DNA from: Candidatus Obscuribacteraceae bacterium
GTDB taxonomy: Bacteria > Cyanobacteriota > Vampirovibrionia > Obscuribacterales > Obscuribacteraceae
Direction: 5' to 3'
Assembly: GCA_044229845.1 (NCBI GenBank)
Contig: JBGASG010000001.1
Span: forward strand, 768,001-832,000
Length of the DNA stretch: 64,000 nucleotides
The translations under genes and the position numbers were made by a program. Positions 26,274 through 36,356 of this stretch are shown piece by piece. The first letter of the stretch is position 1. Each line of letters opens with the position of its first letter. The notes beneath the pieces are model-generated. The model was not told the origin of the DNA. It did not search any database and saw nothing but the letters and a program-made list of their open reading frames with translations.

Positions 26274-29200
26274 GTGGAATCGCTTTTTCAATTCATCGTC
26301 CGCAGGCGCCACCTGATCGTCTTCCTGGCGCTGGCTTTGATCGCGGGCGGCATTGTCGCGTATCAAAAGATCGCGCTGGAGGCTTATCCGGACATTGCCA
26401 ATATGCAAGTGCGGGTAATCACCAAAGTCGACGGCAAAGCAGCGCAGGAAGTCGAGAAACTAGTAACCATACCACTTGAACGCGTCCTGAACGGCATACC
26501 GCATTCGTTGCCACCGCGCTCGGTGTCGCTATTCGGGCTGTCTTCTATCACTATTGTGTTCGACTCGGAGACAGATCCGATCACGGCGCGTCAGCAAGTG
26601 CTGGAACGAATTCAAAGCGCCGAACTGCCGGAAGGCGTAGATCCGCAAATGGACCCCAACGCCAGCCCGGTGGGCGAGGTCTTCCGTTATTTCGTGCGCG
26701 GGGACAAGTGGTCGAGCATGGCGCGCAAGGAGCAGCAAGACTGGTCCCTGAACCGCCAGTTTCGCGCGGTGGACGGCATCGTCGAGTCCACAGGTTTTGG
26801 GGGACCGACCAAGATTTACCAGGTGTCTTTTGACCCTGAACGCCTGAATGCTCTCGGTGTCAGCCAATCCGAACTGGCTGCCGCCATCGGACAGGCTAAC
26901 GGCACTACAGGCGGTAGCTATATCGTCTTCAACGATATCAACTATATGGTTCGCGGCGAGGGGCTGCTCAAAGACGAGGAGGATATTGGCGCCGTCGTCG
27001 TGTCTACCCGATCCGACGGCATTCCGATTCGTGTCAAAGATGTTGCCACCGTCTCCGTTGCTGCCGCCATCAGACAGGGACAGGTCGGCGTCAATGATGA
27101 CGACGATGCTGTCGAGGGTATTCTGCTTATGCGCCGCGGGGAAAACCCGTCTAGAGCGGTCGACAACTTAAAAGAGGCGTGGCCGGAGATTGCGCACAGC
27201 CTGCCGGACGGGATGGAACTTGTGCCTTTATATGACCGCACCGCTCTCGTCCACAACACCGTCGACACCATTGGCCACAACGTCGCCGAAGGCGTGGTGC
27301 TGGTGGTCGTGATTTTGATGCTGTTCTTGTTTCAGGTGCGCAGTTCTCTGATTGTTGCCACCGTCATTCCGCTGGCGCTCTTGACCGCGTTTATCCTGCT
27401 CAATCTCTTCAAAGTGCCCGCCAACCTCTTATCGCTGGGAGCCATCGACTTCGGGATCATCGTCGATGGTGCGATCATACTTATGGAACATGTTGCCGTA
27501 TCCCTCGCCGATCTACGAGACGTAGACGAGCGTCCCAGCCACAAGAAAGTTCTCGACACAATCGCCAAATCGTCCGCCGAAATCGCCAAGCCGATCCTGT
27601 TTTCGACCGCGATCATCATGATCACCTTCTTGCCGGTGCTCAGTTTCGATCATGTGGAAGGCAAGCTCTTCCGTCCTCTGGCGATTATGATGAACTTCAC
27701 GCTCTGCGGGGCGATTCTGGCGGCGATATTCTTAGTGCCGGCGTTGTGCGCCTTTATCTACACCCATGGCAAACTGCCTTCGCACAAAGAAAATCCGCTC
27801 CTCAAACCGCTGCATGGCATTTATGAACGCACGCTGAAACTGTCGTTGCGCCGCTCTCTGCTGGCTGTCGTTGCAATTGCGGCTGTTTGTGGCTCCAGCC
27901 TCTTGGCGGTGCCTTTTCTTGGCTCGGAGTTTATTCCCGAACTGGAAGAGGGCAACATCTGGCTTTCCGTCACAATCTTGCCGACCAGCGTCTCTCTCGA
28001 TCATTCGGTGGAAATCGCCAGAGAACTGCGGGCAATTGCTCGCTCATATCCTGAAGTCACCAATGTGGTCAGCCACATCGGCAGCCCGGATGACGGCACC
28101 GACCCCTTCGGATACAACTTCATTCAGTTTCTGATTGATCTGGAGCCGCAGTCGAAATGGCGCCCGCAGTTTCACACTAAAGACGAACTGATTGAATCTA
28201 TGAACAAACAGATGAAGGAGACTCGTCCCGGGCTGGTGCTCAACTTCTCGCAGTACATCAAGGACAACATGGATGAAGCCATCTCGGGTGTCCGCAACGG
28301 TGAATACGCGATCAAGATTTATGGACCCGACGTCAACGTGCTGGAAGAGCTATCGGCTGCTGTTTCCAATGCCGTGAAGAAAGTGCACGGCACCTGCGAC
28401 GTGGCGCGCGATCACCTGATCGGGCAGCCGCAGGTAGCGGTGCGCATCGATTTTGAAAAGGCGGCGCGCTACGGGGTGCACGCCAAAGATGTTCTCGATG
28501 TCGTGGAAATTGCCATCGGCGGCAAGAGCATCACCAAGGTCATCGACGGTGATAAACGCTTCGACGTGGTCATGCGCCTCGATAAGGAATATCGCAACAC
28601 TCCCGGCAGCATCGGCAACGTATTGATCAACACGCCGGCCGGTACACGCATTCCGCTGGCGCAGATTGCCGACATTCACGAAGAGGCTGGAGCCGCCACT
28701 ATCTGCCGCGAAAACAACAAGCGGCGGACAGCCGTATATTGCAACATCCGCGGTCGCGATCTCGGTTCCACCGTCATGGATTCACAGAAGACAGTCACCC
28801 GGGAAGTGAAGTTGCCTGACGGCTACTCGATCCAGCACGCCGGACAATTCGACCGCGCCATCGAAGCCGGTAAGCGCCTTTCGATAGTGGTGCCGATTAC
28901 TCTGCTACTGATCTTTTTTCTCCTCTATGCTGCCTTTGGTGAAGCGAAGACCGCACTGGTGGCCATGTCGGTGGTACCGGTGGCGGTGGCGTGCGGGCTG
29001 GCGGTGCTGTTTGTGTCGGGCACGCACCTGAGCGTTTCTTCCGGAGTGGGCTTTGTGGCGCTCTTTGGTCTTTGTATCCAGAACTCGGTCGTGCTTACCT
29101 CGCGCATGAGAGAGCTGACTAGGAAGGGCTTATCATCGAGTGAAGCTGCCTTCGAAGGTGCGATGGAAAAAATGAATGCCGTGCTGACGGCCAGCACAGT

Positions 29201-29417
29201 GGCGGTGATCGGACTGGTGCCGGCCGCGATCGCGACGGGCATCGGCAGCCAGAGTCAGAAGCCTTTCGCCACCGTCATCTCAGGTGGACTCCTGCCGGCG
29301 ACCATCTTGCTTTTGATATCGGTTCCCTGCATCTATATGCTGGCGCTCAGGAAGAAACCAAACATCGATACGCTGCCGGCTGAATCACTCGGTGTTGGAC
29401 AGCGAACAGGCTCGTAG
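26274..29417 (+). CDS. czcA: CzcA/CusA-family heavy-metal efflux RND permease (copy 1)
   Basis: EAYPDI.N.QV, A.EVEKLVT.PLE, ANLLSLGAIDFGIIVDGA, EGKLFRPLA, GSEF.PELEEG; about 1047 aa. Confidence 0.93.
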   Translation: MESLFQFIVRRRHLIVFLALALIAGGIVAYQKIALEAYPDIANMQVRVITKVDGKAAQEVEKLVTIPLERVLNGIPHSLPPRSVSLFGLSSITIVFDSETDPITARQQVLERIQSAELPEGVDPQMDPNASPVGEVFRYFVRGDKWSSMARKEQQDWSLNRQFRAVDGIVESTGFGGPTKIYQVSFDPERLNALGVSQSELAAAIGQANGTTGGSYIVFNDINYMVRGEGLLKDEEDIGAVVVSTRSDGIPIRVKDVATVSVAAAIRQGQVGVNDDDDAVEGILLMRRGENPSRAVDNLKEAWPEIAHSLPDGMELVPLYDRTALVHNTVDTIGHNVAEGVVLVVVILMLFLFQVRSSLIVATVIPLALLTAFILLNLFKVPANLLSLGAIDFGIIVDGAIILMEHVAVSLADLRDVDERPSHKKVLDTIAKSSAEIAKPILFSTAIIMITFLPVLSFDHVEGKLFRPLAIMMNFTLCGAILAAIFLVPALCAFIYTHGKLPSHKENPLLKPLHGIYERTLKLSLRRSLLAVVAIAAVCGSSLLAVPFLGSEFIPELEEGNIWLSVTILPTSVSLDHSVEIARELRAIARSYPEVTNVVSHIGSPDDGTDPFGYNFIQFLIDLEPQSKWRPQFHTKDELIESMNKQMKETRPGLVLNFSQYIKDNMDEAISGVRNGEYAIKIYGPDVNVLEELSAAVSNAVKKVHGTCDVARDHLIGQPQVAVRIDFEKAARYGVHAKDVLDVVEIAIGGKSITKVIDGDKRFDVVMRLDKEYRNTPGSIGNVLINTPAGTRIPLAQIADIHEEAGAATICRENNKRRTAVYCNIRGRDLGSTVMDSQKTVTREVKLPDGYSIQHAGQFDRAIEAGKRLSIVVPITLLLIFFLLYAAFGEAKTALVAMSVVPVAVACGLAVLFVSGTHLSVSSGVGFVALFGLCIQNSVVLTSRMRELTRKGLSSSEAAFEGAMEKMNAVLTASTVAVIGLVPAAIATGIGSQSQKPFATVISGGLLPATILLLISVPCIYMLALRKKPNIDTLPAESLGVGQRTGS

Positions 29418-30725
29418 CGTGAAAGCCCCTTTGCTGACGACGGCATCACCGGGTAACAAGCCTTTCAATACTTCAACGTTTTCATGACAGGTCAGACCTG
29501 TCTCAACCGTTCGCTCTTCATAGCGGCCATCGGCTCGTCTAAGGTAAACGACGTTGTTCGATCCGCAGCTGACGACTGCCGATTTGGGTATCACCAGCGC
29601 TTTGCGTGTGCCGGCGACGATGTTCATGCGTGAGAACATTTTTGGTTTGAGACGCCGGTCTATGTTGGCGACATCGGCGCGCACCTTCATGGTGCGCGCC
29701 TCCGGATTAATCGCGCGGTCGACAAAACTGAGAATGCCGTGGAACGTTTCACCCGGGTAGCTGTCTACCGTGAAGTTGACTGCCTGTCCGATGTGCACAG
29801 CTTTTACGTCTTTCTCGTAAACTTCTGCCACCAGCCACACCGCATCGAGATCATCGACGAGGAAAGCCAGCTTGCCTGCCGGTATCAGCTCGCCGGGATT
29901 GATCTGCCTCTCCAGAACTACTCCGGGTTGTGCCGTGACAATCGGCACTATCGGGTTGAGCTGCTGCGAGTTGATTATTTTATCGACTGTGTTCGCAGGC
30001 ATGCCCAAGAGCAACAAGCGTTGTCTGAGACCCTGTCGGTAGAGGCGCCGTTTGCTGTCGGCGATGGCAATCAGCTGCGGTTTCTTTTGCTTCAATGACT
30101 GCACGGTCAGCGAGACAGTGTCGAATTCGTTTTTGGCGGCATCGAGAGCCGCTTGCGAACCGATCTTTTCTTGAATCAGACGCTCGCACCGGTCGAGGAT
30201 TTTCTTGGCGAAGCCAAGTTTCGTCTCTTGCTCTTTAGTCGCGTAGCCAAGTTGCAGGAGTTCGCGTTCGAGCTCGGCATTTAGATCGTTTTCCTTGTTG
30301 AATTCTTCAGCTTCCAGATCGCCCACTTCCTCACTGGAGACAGTGAACATCGTCCTGCCCTTCGGTACGTCTTCTCCAAGCACGGCGAATGTTTCGATGA
30401 CGCGACCGGCGAGCGGGGAGGTGACGCGCGTCACGGATGTTTCGTTGGTCTGGATCTGTCCCATGACGTGGACGATTTCCGGCATGTCTTGATAGCTGGC
30501 TGGAGTGATCGAAAACTCACTGGGATTTTTGAAATTGGGTGGCAGCGATACTGTATGTGGTGCTGCTTCGGTGGCATGCGAGTTTTCATAGCGAGGGATG
30601 TGCTCGCTTTTTTCGGAGCAGCCTGAAAGGCTCAGAATTGCTGTCACACCGGCAACAAGCGGGAGCGACCGGGCAATCCGGGAAGAAAGGTGATGGATAC
30701 TGTTATTTCTTGCGAAGCCAGCCAT
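29385..30725 (-). CDS. RND efflux periplasmic adaptor (CzcB/CusB-like), lipoprotein
   Basis: LSGC lipobox; V.SPLAGRV, DLDAVWL.A.VYEKD, INPE.RT.KVRA, LKP.MF, VLKGL.PGD.VV. Confidence 0.9.
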   Translation of the reverse strand: MAGFARNNSIHHLSSRIARSLPLVAGVTAILSLSGCSEKSEHIPRYENSHATEAAPHTVSLPPNFKNPSEFSITPASYQDMPEIVHVMGQIQTNETSVTRVTSPLAGRVIETFAVLGEDVPKGRTMFTVSSEEVGDLEAEEFNKENDLNAELERELLQLGYATKEQETKLGFAKKILDRCERLIQEKIGSQAALDAAKNEFDTVSLTVQSLKQKKPQLIAIADSKRRLYRQGLRQRLLLLGMPANTVDKIINSQQLNPIVPIVTAQPGVVLERQINPGELIPAGKLAFLVDDLDAVWLVAEVYEKDVKAVHIGQAVNFTVDSYPGETFHGILSFVDRAINPEARTMKVRADVANIDRRLKPKMFSRMNIVAGTRKALVIPKSAVVSCGSNNVVYLRRADGRYEERTVETGLTCHENVEVLKGLLPGDAVVSKGAFTLRACSLSNTE

Positions 30726-30766
30726 GAAAACCGACACAGGAACTGCATCTAGCGTAGCCCAGAAGG

Positions 30767-30783
30767 CTTGCACGAAACTTACA
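30767..30783 (-). promoter_or_regulatory. OmpR-family tandem box upstream of the adaptor gene
   Basis: Minus strand reads TGTAAG-N5-TGCAAG, matching the box upstream of czcA. Confidence 0.45.
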
Positions 30784-30818
30784 AGATTACGTTTTCGGTG
30801 GTAGGATAACCCCCGACG

Positions 30819-31586
30819 ATGAGAGTTTTACTGATAGAAGACGATGATTTGCTGGCGGACGCGGTATCCCATGCGTTGCGCAAGAGTGGCTTTGTCGTCG
30901 AGGTCGCCGAGACCGGTGCCGCCGCGGACAATCTCCTGGAAACATCCGAATACGACGCGCTCATACTTGACCTGGGCTTGCCGGAAATGGATGGAATGGA
31001 AGTGCTCAAGCGTTTACGCGGCAGGCGAAACGCTACACCAGTGATGGTTGTCACAGCCAGAGACGAGCCGGAAGATATTATCGGCGCTCTGGATGTCGGG
31101 GCTGATGACTACATCACCAAACCTTTTCGGTTGCCGGTTTTGGAGGCGAGGTTGCGCGCGCTTTTGCGAAGGGCGCAGTGGGACAGCAATAACGAAATCA
31201 CCTTTGGCAGCCTGCGTTATGACATTATGGCCCGGCGCGCGTTTGCAGGCGACGAGGCGATGTCGCTGTCCGCCAAAGAACTGGGCATACTCGAGCTGTT
31301 GATGAAACGGGCGGGGCGCATCGTCAGCAAGGAACAGATCGCTCGCGATGTTTACGACGGCGCATGGGACCTCAACTACAACACCATCGAAGTGGCAGTG
31401 CATCGACTGCGCAAGAAACTGGAGCCCGCCGACCTGACCGTGAAGACCATCCGCGGACTCGGCTACACGCCCTCGTTTATACGTTCGCTACCAGTCTGGC
31501 GCGCAGCATCTATGACGAAGAACTGGCTGAAGTGGCGCGTTCGATTTCCACCGGGTTCACAACCAGTGAAGGGCTGTTTGCGGTAG
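30819..31586 (+). CDS. OmpR-family (QseB/TctD-like) response regulator with aberrant C-terminal read-through
   Basis: MRVLLIEDD, LDLGLP, GADDYITKPF, IEV.VHRLRKKL, TIRGLGY; family-like sequence ends near 31469. Confidence 0.85.
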   Translation: MRVLLIEDDDLLADAVSHALRKSGFVVEVAETGAAADNLLETSEYDALILDLGLPEMDGMEVLKRLRGRRNATPVMVVTARDEPEDIIGALDVGADDYITKPFRLPVLEARLRALLRRAQWDSNNEITFGSLRYDIMARRAFAGDEAMSLSAKELGILELLMKRAGRIVSKEQIARDVYDGAWDLNYNTIEVAVHRLRKKLEPADLTVKTIRGLGYTPSFIRSLPVWRAASMTKNWLKWRVRFPPGSQPVKGCLR

Positions 31587-32779
31587 AACTGCATCCGCAG
31601 GCTATCAAATTATTGACCTATGACCTGAGCGACAAGTTCTACTACCAGGTGGTCGGCCCGCATGGGCGTCTGGTGGCGGGCGAACGTGATTTTCCCGAGG
31701 CACCGGCGGCGCCTTCCAGCGGCGGCCCGGTTTTCTCTGACGGGCAGCTGCACGGGCAGGCGGTGCGCATTGCGACAGTGCCTGTGCCGGTAGACGCCGG
31801 CGGCGTGGCGTTGGTGCGGGTTGCCGAAACGCTCACTGCACGCCACCAGCTGGCCAATCGCATACTTCTGGCGGTGCTCGTTCCCGGTGTGATCTGTATT
31901 TTTCTACTGGGTGCAACCTTGTACGTGGCGATTGGCAAGTCTCTGGCACCGCTGGAATCGATTCGCAAGAATGTGGCTGAGCGTTCGTTTTCGGATCTGC
32001 ATCCTTTGCCTGAGGCTAACGTGCCTGTGGAGGTAGCATCGCTCGTGAAAGCGATCAATCTATTGCTCTCGCGCTTGCAGTTTGACATTGAAGGGCACCG
32101 CCGTTTTGTTGCCAATGCGGCGCATCAGTTGCGCACACCGCTGGCTGGCATTCAGACCCAAACGGAACTAGCTCTCTCCGAGGACGACGTTCAGTCTCGC
32201 CAGGACATTCTGCGCAAGATTCATATCGGCGCCGAGCGAGGCAGCCGTCTTGTTCACCAGCTTTTGACGCTGGCTCGCGTTGACGAGTCTCTCAAAGACG
32301 CGTCACAGCGCCAGACCGACAGCGTCGACCTGACGACACTGGTTGCTTCCTGCATCGAAGAGCTTCTGGAGGACGCTCAGGAGAAGAAACTCGAGATAGC
32401 CTTCACCTCTTCGGCGGCCGATGACGGACCCGGGCCGGCGGTGAACGGTAGTGCGTTGATGCTGCGCGAGATGCTTCTGAACATCATGGATAACGCCATT
32501 CGTTATGCGCAGACGGAAGGGGCGACGGTGGAAGTGGTATTGCGGCGCGCCGGCGATCGCGCGATCGTGGAAGTCTGCGACAACGGCTTCGGCATTCCGG
32601 AAGCGGAGCAACCAAGGATCTTCGAGCGCTTCTATCGCGTACTCGGCAGCCCGCCCGGTGGCAGTGGGCTGGGGCTGGCTATCGTGCAGGAGATCGCTGC
32701 CGCGCACCAGGGAACTGTGACGCTAGTCAGCACTCCCAGTCAGGGCACGCGTGTTACCGTTACCCTGCCGTGCTCCTGA
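31469..32779 (+). pseudogene. QseC/TctE-like sensor histidine kinase lacking its start codon and most of TM1
   Basis: A.SIYD..L sensor start, TM2, HAMP, AAHQLRTPL, N..DNAIRY, DNG.GI, G.GLGL. Upstream of 31469 the frame is just an alternative reading of the regulator. Confidence 0.7.
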
Positions 32780-32887
32780 ATTTACCGGCGTCCGTGTGCT
32801 GTTTCGCCGCCTTGTGAAAATCAACACTTCTGTTGATCTCAAGAGGCTGCGTTCGCACACGCGAAGCGGTGACGGCAAGAAATCTTG

Positions 32888-34006
32888 CTACTTGTTGGCG
32901 CCGGCGACGCCGAGGAGTTCCTCGGGAACGACGTATTGAACGGCGCGGTTGTTCGTCAATAGTTTCATCGCCAGAGGCACGTCGTTGCGGTTGACCGCGA
33001 TGCGAAGCGTGTGCATGTACTCGGCACCATGGGAGCCCATGACGCTACCGTGCACTTTGTTGATCACACCGCCGATGGCGGCAGGGAAGATTCCGGGTGC
33101 CAACTTGACGATTAAGATAGCCGGGCGCATGTCGCTGGGGATACCAGATGTGGTGGCGCCGGGAGCCGCGCTTTCGGACATCGGTCCAAAGTTGTGGACG
33201 GCGACGTTGGTGCTGGTCGGCGGCCAGTACGTGACTGTAGACGCATTCTCGGAGGCGATCAAGTATGGAGACGCGGCCGGCTTGGCGGCACTGGCGTAAC
33301 TGGCAGGGCCAGCCTGGACTGTGGCAGGCGGCATGCCGGCGCTGGTGCTGGGAGCACCGGGACCGCGGCGCAAAACTCGTTGATTGAACCAGCCGCCGAT
33401 TTTGGCCATCTTGCCGTTGTTCTTCTCTTGAGGCATGGCGACTTCGTAGGCTGGCGCCGGAGTGAGGACCATCGGGTGACCGAGTGCGTTGGAAGAGTTA
33501 GGTGTGATGGCTGCCTGCGGTAGCTTGGGTTCGGACTCTGAGGAATTGACTGGTGCCGTGTTGACGACGGCATTCAGCGGTTGCATGTTGGGAAGGCGCG
33601 GTGCGCTATACGTGGTTGTCGTTGTCGTCGTTGCCGCTGGCGGCACCGACTGTGGTGCCATCGCCAGTTTGGTTGCCTCGTTGTTGACGGCGGCAGCGGC
33701 AGCGACTTTGGCTGCGCCCGCAGGGGGTTTTGAGTGTGTTGCTACCTTGGCTGGCGACTTGGTGCCGGCATGCTTGGTTGTCGGTTGCGAGGTCGCGGTT
33801 GCTGAAGGCAGGGTATTGGTTATGCCGGTGGAGAGCATGGTGTTGCTTCTTTTCGTGGTCATCAGCTTGCCTGGCGACATTATGTGCGCGGCGGCAGCTC
33901 TGGCGGCGATGGTGGCCGGCTTTTCAGGGGCGGCGGCATTGACGGAAGAGCCCACCAATGTGGCTGCTGCCGCGACGAAAGCCGTGAAAAAATATTGGAG
34001 TCGCAT
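32888..34006 (-). CDS. Secreted Ala/Thr/Pro-rich protein with C-terminal subtilase-prodomain-like (I9) module
   Basis: Signal peptide ending VNA; long disordered body; C-terminal LIVKL.PG...G.V...L..NRAVQYVVPE. Confidence 0.65.
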   Translation of the reverse strand: MRLQYFFTAFVAAAATLVGSSVNAAAPEKPATIAARAAAAHIMSPGKLMTTKRSNTMLSTGITNTLPSATATSQPTTKHAGTKSPAKVATHSKPPAGAAKVAAAAAVNNEATKLAMAPQSVPPAATTTTTTTYSAPRLPNMQPLNAVVNTAPVNSSESEPKLPQAAITPNSSNALGHPMVLTPAPAYEVAMPQEKNNGKMAKIGGWFNQRVLRRGPGAPSTSAGMPPATVQAGPASYASAAKPAASPYLIASENASTVTYWPPTSTNVAVHNFGPMSESAAPGATTSGIPSDMRPAILIVKLAPGIFPAAIGGVINKVHGSVMGSHGAEYMHTLRIAVNRNDVPLAMKLLTNNRAVQYVVPEELLGVAGANK

Positions 34007-34065
34007 AAAAGCTCCGGTCTGGTTAGTAAGGGGTAGACCCAGCAGAACGATCCGATGAGGTGAGC

Positions 34066-34091
34066 TTACGCGTCAATTGTGAAAAAGTTCT
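34066..34091 (-). promoter_or_regulatory. Putative ECF sigma-factor promoter (variant)
   Basis: Minus strand AGAAC-N17-GTAA (GAACTT -35), about 60 nt upstream of the ATG at 34006. Confidence 0.4.
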
Positions 34092-34104
34092 GAAACCAAG
34101 ATCT

Positions 34105-34572
34105 CTATCTAGTATGAACTTTGATCAGGTGCTGGTTTCTGGAGGGTTCAAAGCCCAGTTTTCGATAGAAACTGAGTGCTGACTGATTCTGTTCTGAAAC
34201 CTGTAAGCTAAGCCCCGCGCACTTCTCGCCGAATGCGTCCGCCAACCACGCGAAGAATTTCGTAGCTACCCCACTGCGACGGTAGATTTCATCAACGTAC
34301 AGTTCGTCGATTTCGATGATGTCTCCACCGTATTCGTTGCTCCAGAAGAAAATCAAGATGGCATAGCCGGCCACGAGCCCGTCTGCATCGAAGATTACGA
34401 CCTGTCCTTTGTCAGGTTTTGCTGCTAATTCTTGACACGAAACTTGCACGTTTGGTTGCACGTGCGATACATTTGAATCCTCTAAATACAGTTTGCTGAC
34501 GAGGTTTTGCAGCGATTGCATGTCACAAGTTTTGCACGCTCGAAATGTCAGGGAAGTAATTGGTTCCGCCAT
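34105..34572 (-). CDS. GNAT-family N-acetyltransferase
   Basis: IDELYV...YRRSGVA (motif A) and N..A..FYRKLGF. Confidence 0.9.
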   Translation of the reverse strand: MAEPITSLTFRACKTCDMQSLQNLVSKLYLEDSNVSHVQPNVQVSCQELAAKPDKGQVVIFDADGLVAGYAILIFFWSNEYGGDIIEIDELYVDEIYRRSGVATKFFAWLADAFGEKCAGLSLQVSEQNQSALSFYRKLGFEPSRNQHLIKVHTR

Positions 34573-34621
34573 TGTCTCGCTCTCGGCGCGGGGACTTCGT
34601 AAGTTTACCAGTCCTCAGACG

Positions 34622-35409
34622 GTGGCACTATATCTGGTTGCAGGCTGCATCGTCAGCGGTAGCGGTATTCCGTCCGGCGCGGCTGTCGAATCTGCTGCGC
34701 GAGTGGAGGAAACGCCCGACTTGATGCAATCAGAATCACGGGCGGGGCTGCCCTTCGAAGGTGCGCCGTATTGTGGACCGGTGGCTGCTTCCAACTCGCT
34801 GATTTATCTGAGCAAGCACGGCTATCCTCGTTTGACGGCAGTCAGTTTGCCTGATGCACGAGCGCAAGGTGAGCTGAGTTTGCAGCTTTCGAAGTTGATG
34901 AAGACAACTCGCCTCGGTGGCACGACACCTGATGGTTTTATGGTTGGACTGCGCAAGTATGTCGGTGAGCGCGGGTATGTTGTGGACTCATTGCAGTACC
35001 AGGGTGGGAGCACCTCGATCACGGTGTGGCACTTGCGACGTTGCCGCAGTTAGCGTTCGTCCACAAGGGACTGGCTGACGACAAGTCGGCGGTCTGGCTC
35101 AAAATCGGCTGGTATCGATATCTCCCGAATCAGGATAAGTACATCCGTTTTGCCGGGCACTGGGTGGCGGTCGTAGGCAGCGAAGGTGACGCACTGATTG
35201 TGCATGACCCGGCGCCACGCAGCGGTTCGGCTGCCAGCCACGATCGCGTCGTGCCCGCTGAGATCGTGCATGGCAAAATCCAGACCGGGTACGAGGGCGC
35301 CAGGACCATGGATGCGCACGGCTACTACAAGCTGGGTGGCGGTTTAAAGATCAAGCAACGCGCCGACTTTGGGATTCTCGACGGGGCAGTGGTGCTGCGC
35401 CTAAAGTGA
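34622..35409 (+). pseudogene. Secreted C39/papain-like peptidase split by a 1-nt frameshift
   Basis: YCGPVAASNSL in ORF 34493-35053 and GHWVAVVG...IVHDP in ORF 35026-35409. Adding one G at the run 35002-35004 gives YQGWEHLDHGVALATLP and joins them. Start uncertain. Confidence 0.7.
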
Positions 35410-36333
35410 AGTCGGTTTTGGTTGGCTGGCAAGGGCCAACAGTCCGGCGCCGATCGCTCCGGCGTCCTGTCCCAACTTGGCTGGTACGATTTTGACGAAG
35501 TTGCGTGATGCCGGCAGAGTTTTTGCAGCTACCAGTGCGTGAATGTTCTCGAACACTTCGGGAGCGTGCGACAAACCACCCCCGATGGCGATTGTGTCGG
35601 GATTGTAGAAAGTGACCAGATTCGCCAGTCCTGTGGACAGGTCATCGAGATAACCGGCGAATGCGCTGCGTGCTTCGGCATGTCCCTGGCGGAATTTGTC
35701 CATCACCTGAGCGGCATTCTCGGCGCCGCTGCCGCCGCGTTTCTGATAATGTCGCACCAGCCCCTGAGCCGATGCGTGCATTTCGAAGCAACCGCTTTTG
35801 CCGCAAACACAGGGAAAGCCGCTCTCGCCGCCGTGTATGGTGTGATGTCCGAAGTCGCCGGCATCGAATGTGGCACCATCGAAAAGCTTGCCGTCGACAA
35901 TCAGTGCGCCACCAATGCCGGTGCCAAGGGTGAGGAGCGCGAAGATGCTTGAGTGGCGTCCGCTGCCCAGTCGAGACTCGGCGAGTGCGGCACAGCGACC
36001 GTCGTTGCGCATGATCACAGGCAGTTGCAATTGCGTCTCGAAAAGTTTGCCAATCTCGATGCGTCCCCATGGAAAGCTTGGCAAATAGCGTGTACTGCCG
36101 TCGCGCGGATCGACGTTGCCGGGGATACCAAGTCCCAGTGCCTGTATTTTGGATGTGCTATCGGGAACAGCTGCGATCACCGACCTGGCAGATTCGAGCA
36201 TGGCGGCGAAGACTGTATCGAAGTCGTGTTGCACCACCGGGCTGCCGCTGCGCGCCAGGACAGCGCCGCTTTCGTCTACCATCACGGCGGTGATGTGGCT
36301 GCCACCAAGATCAATTCCAATCGCCAGTTGCAC
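35401..36333 (-). CDS. ROK-family sugar kinase (glucokinase-like)
   Basis: IGIDLGGS, ND..CAALAE...G, TLGTGIGG, C.CGK.GCFE..AS, AG.IGA. Confidence 0.92.
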   Translation of the reverse strand: MQLAIGIDLGGSHITAVMVDESGAVLARSGSPVVQHDFDTVFAAMLESARSVIAAVPDSTSKIQALGLGIPGNVDPRDGSTRYLPSFPWGRIEIGKLFETQLQLPVIMRNDGRCAALAESRLGSGRHSSIFALLTLGTGIGGALIVDGKLFDGATFDAGDFGHHTIHGGESGFPCVCGKSGCFEMHASAQGLVRHYQKRGGSGAENAAQVMDKFRQGHAEARSAFAGYLDDLSTGLANLVTFYNPDTIAIGGGLSHAPEVFENIHALVAAKTLPASRNFVKIVPAKLGQDAGAIGAGLLALASQPKPTSL

Positions 36334-36356
36334 GGCGCTATTTTAGCACCGGCTGT

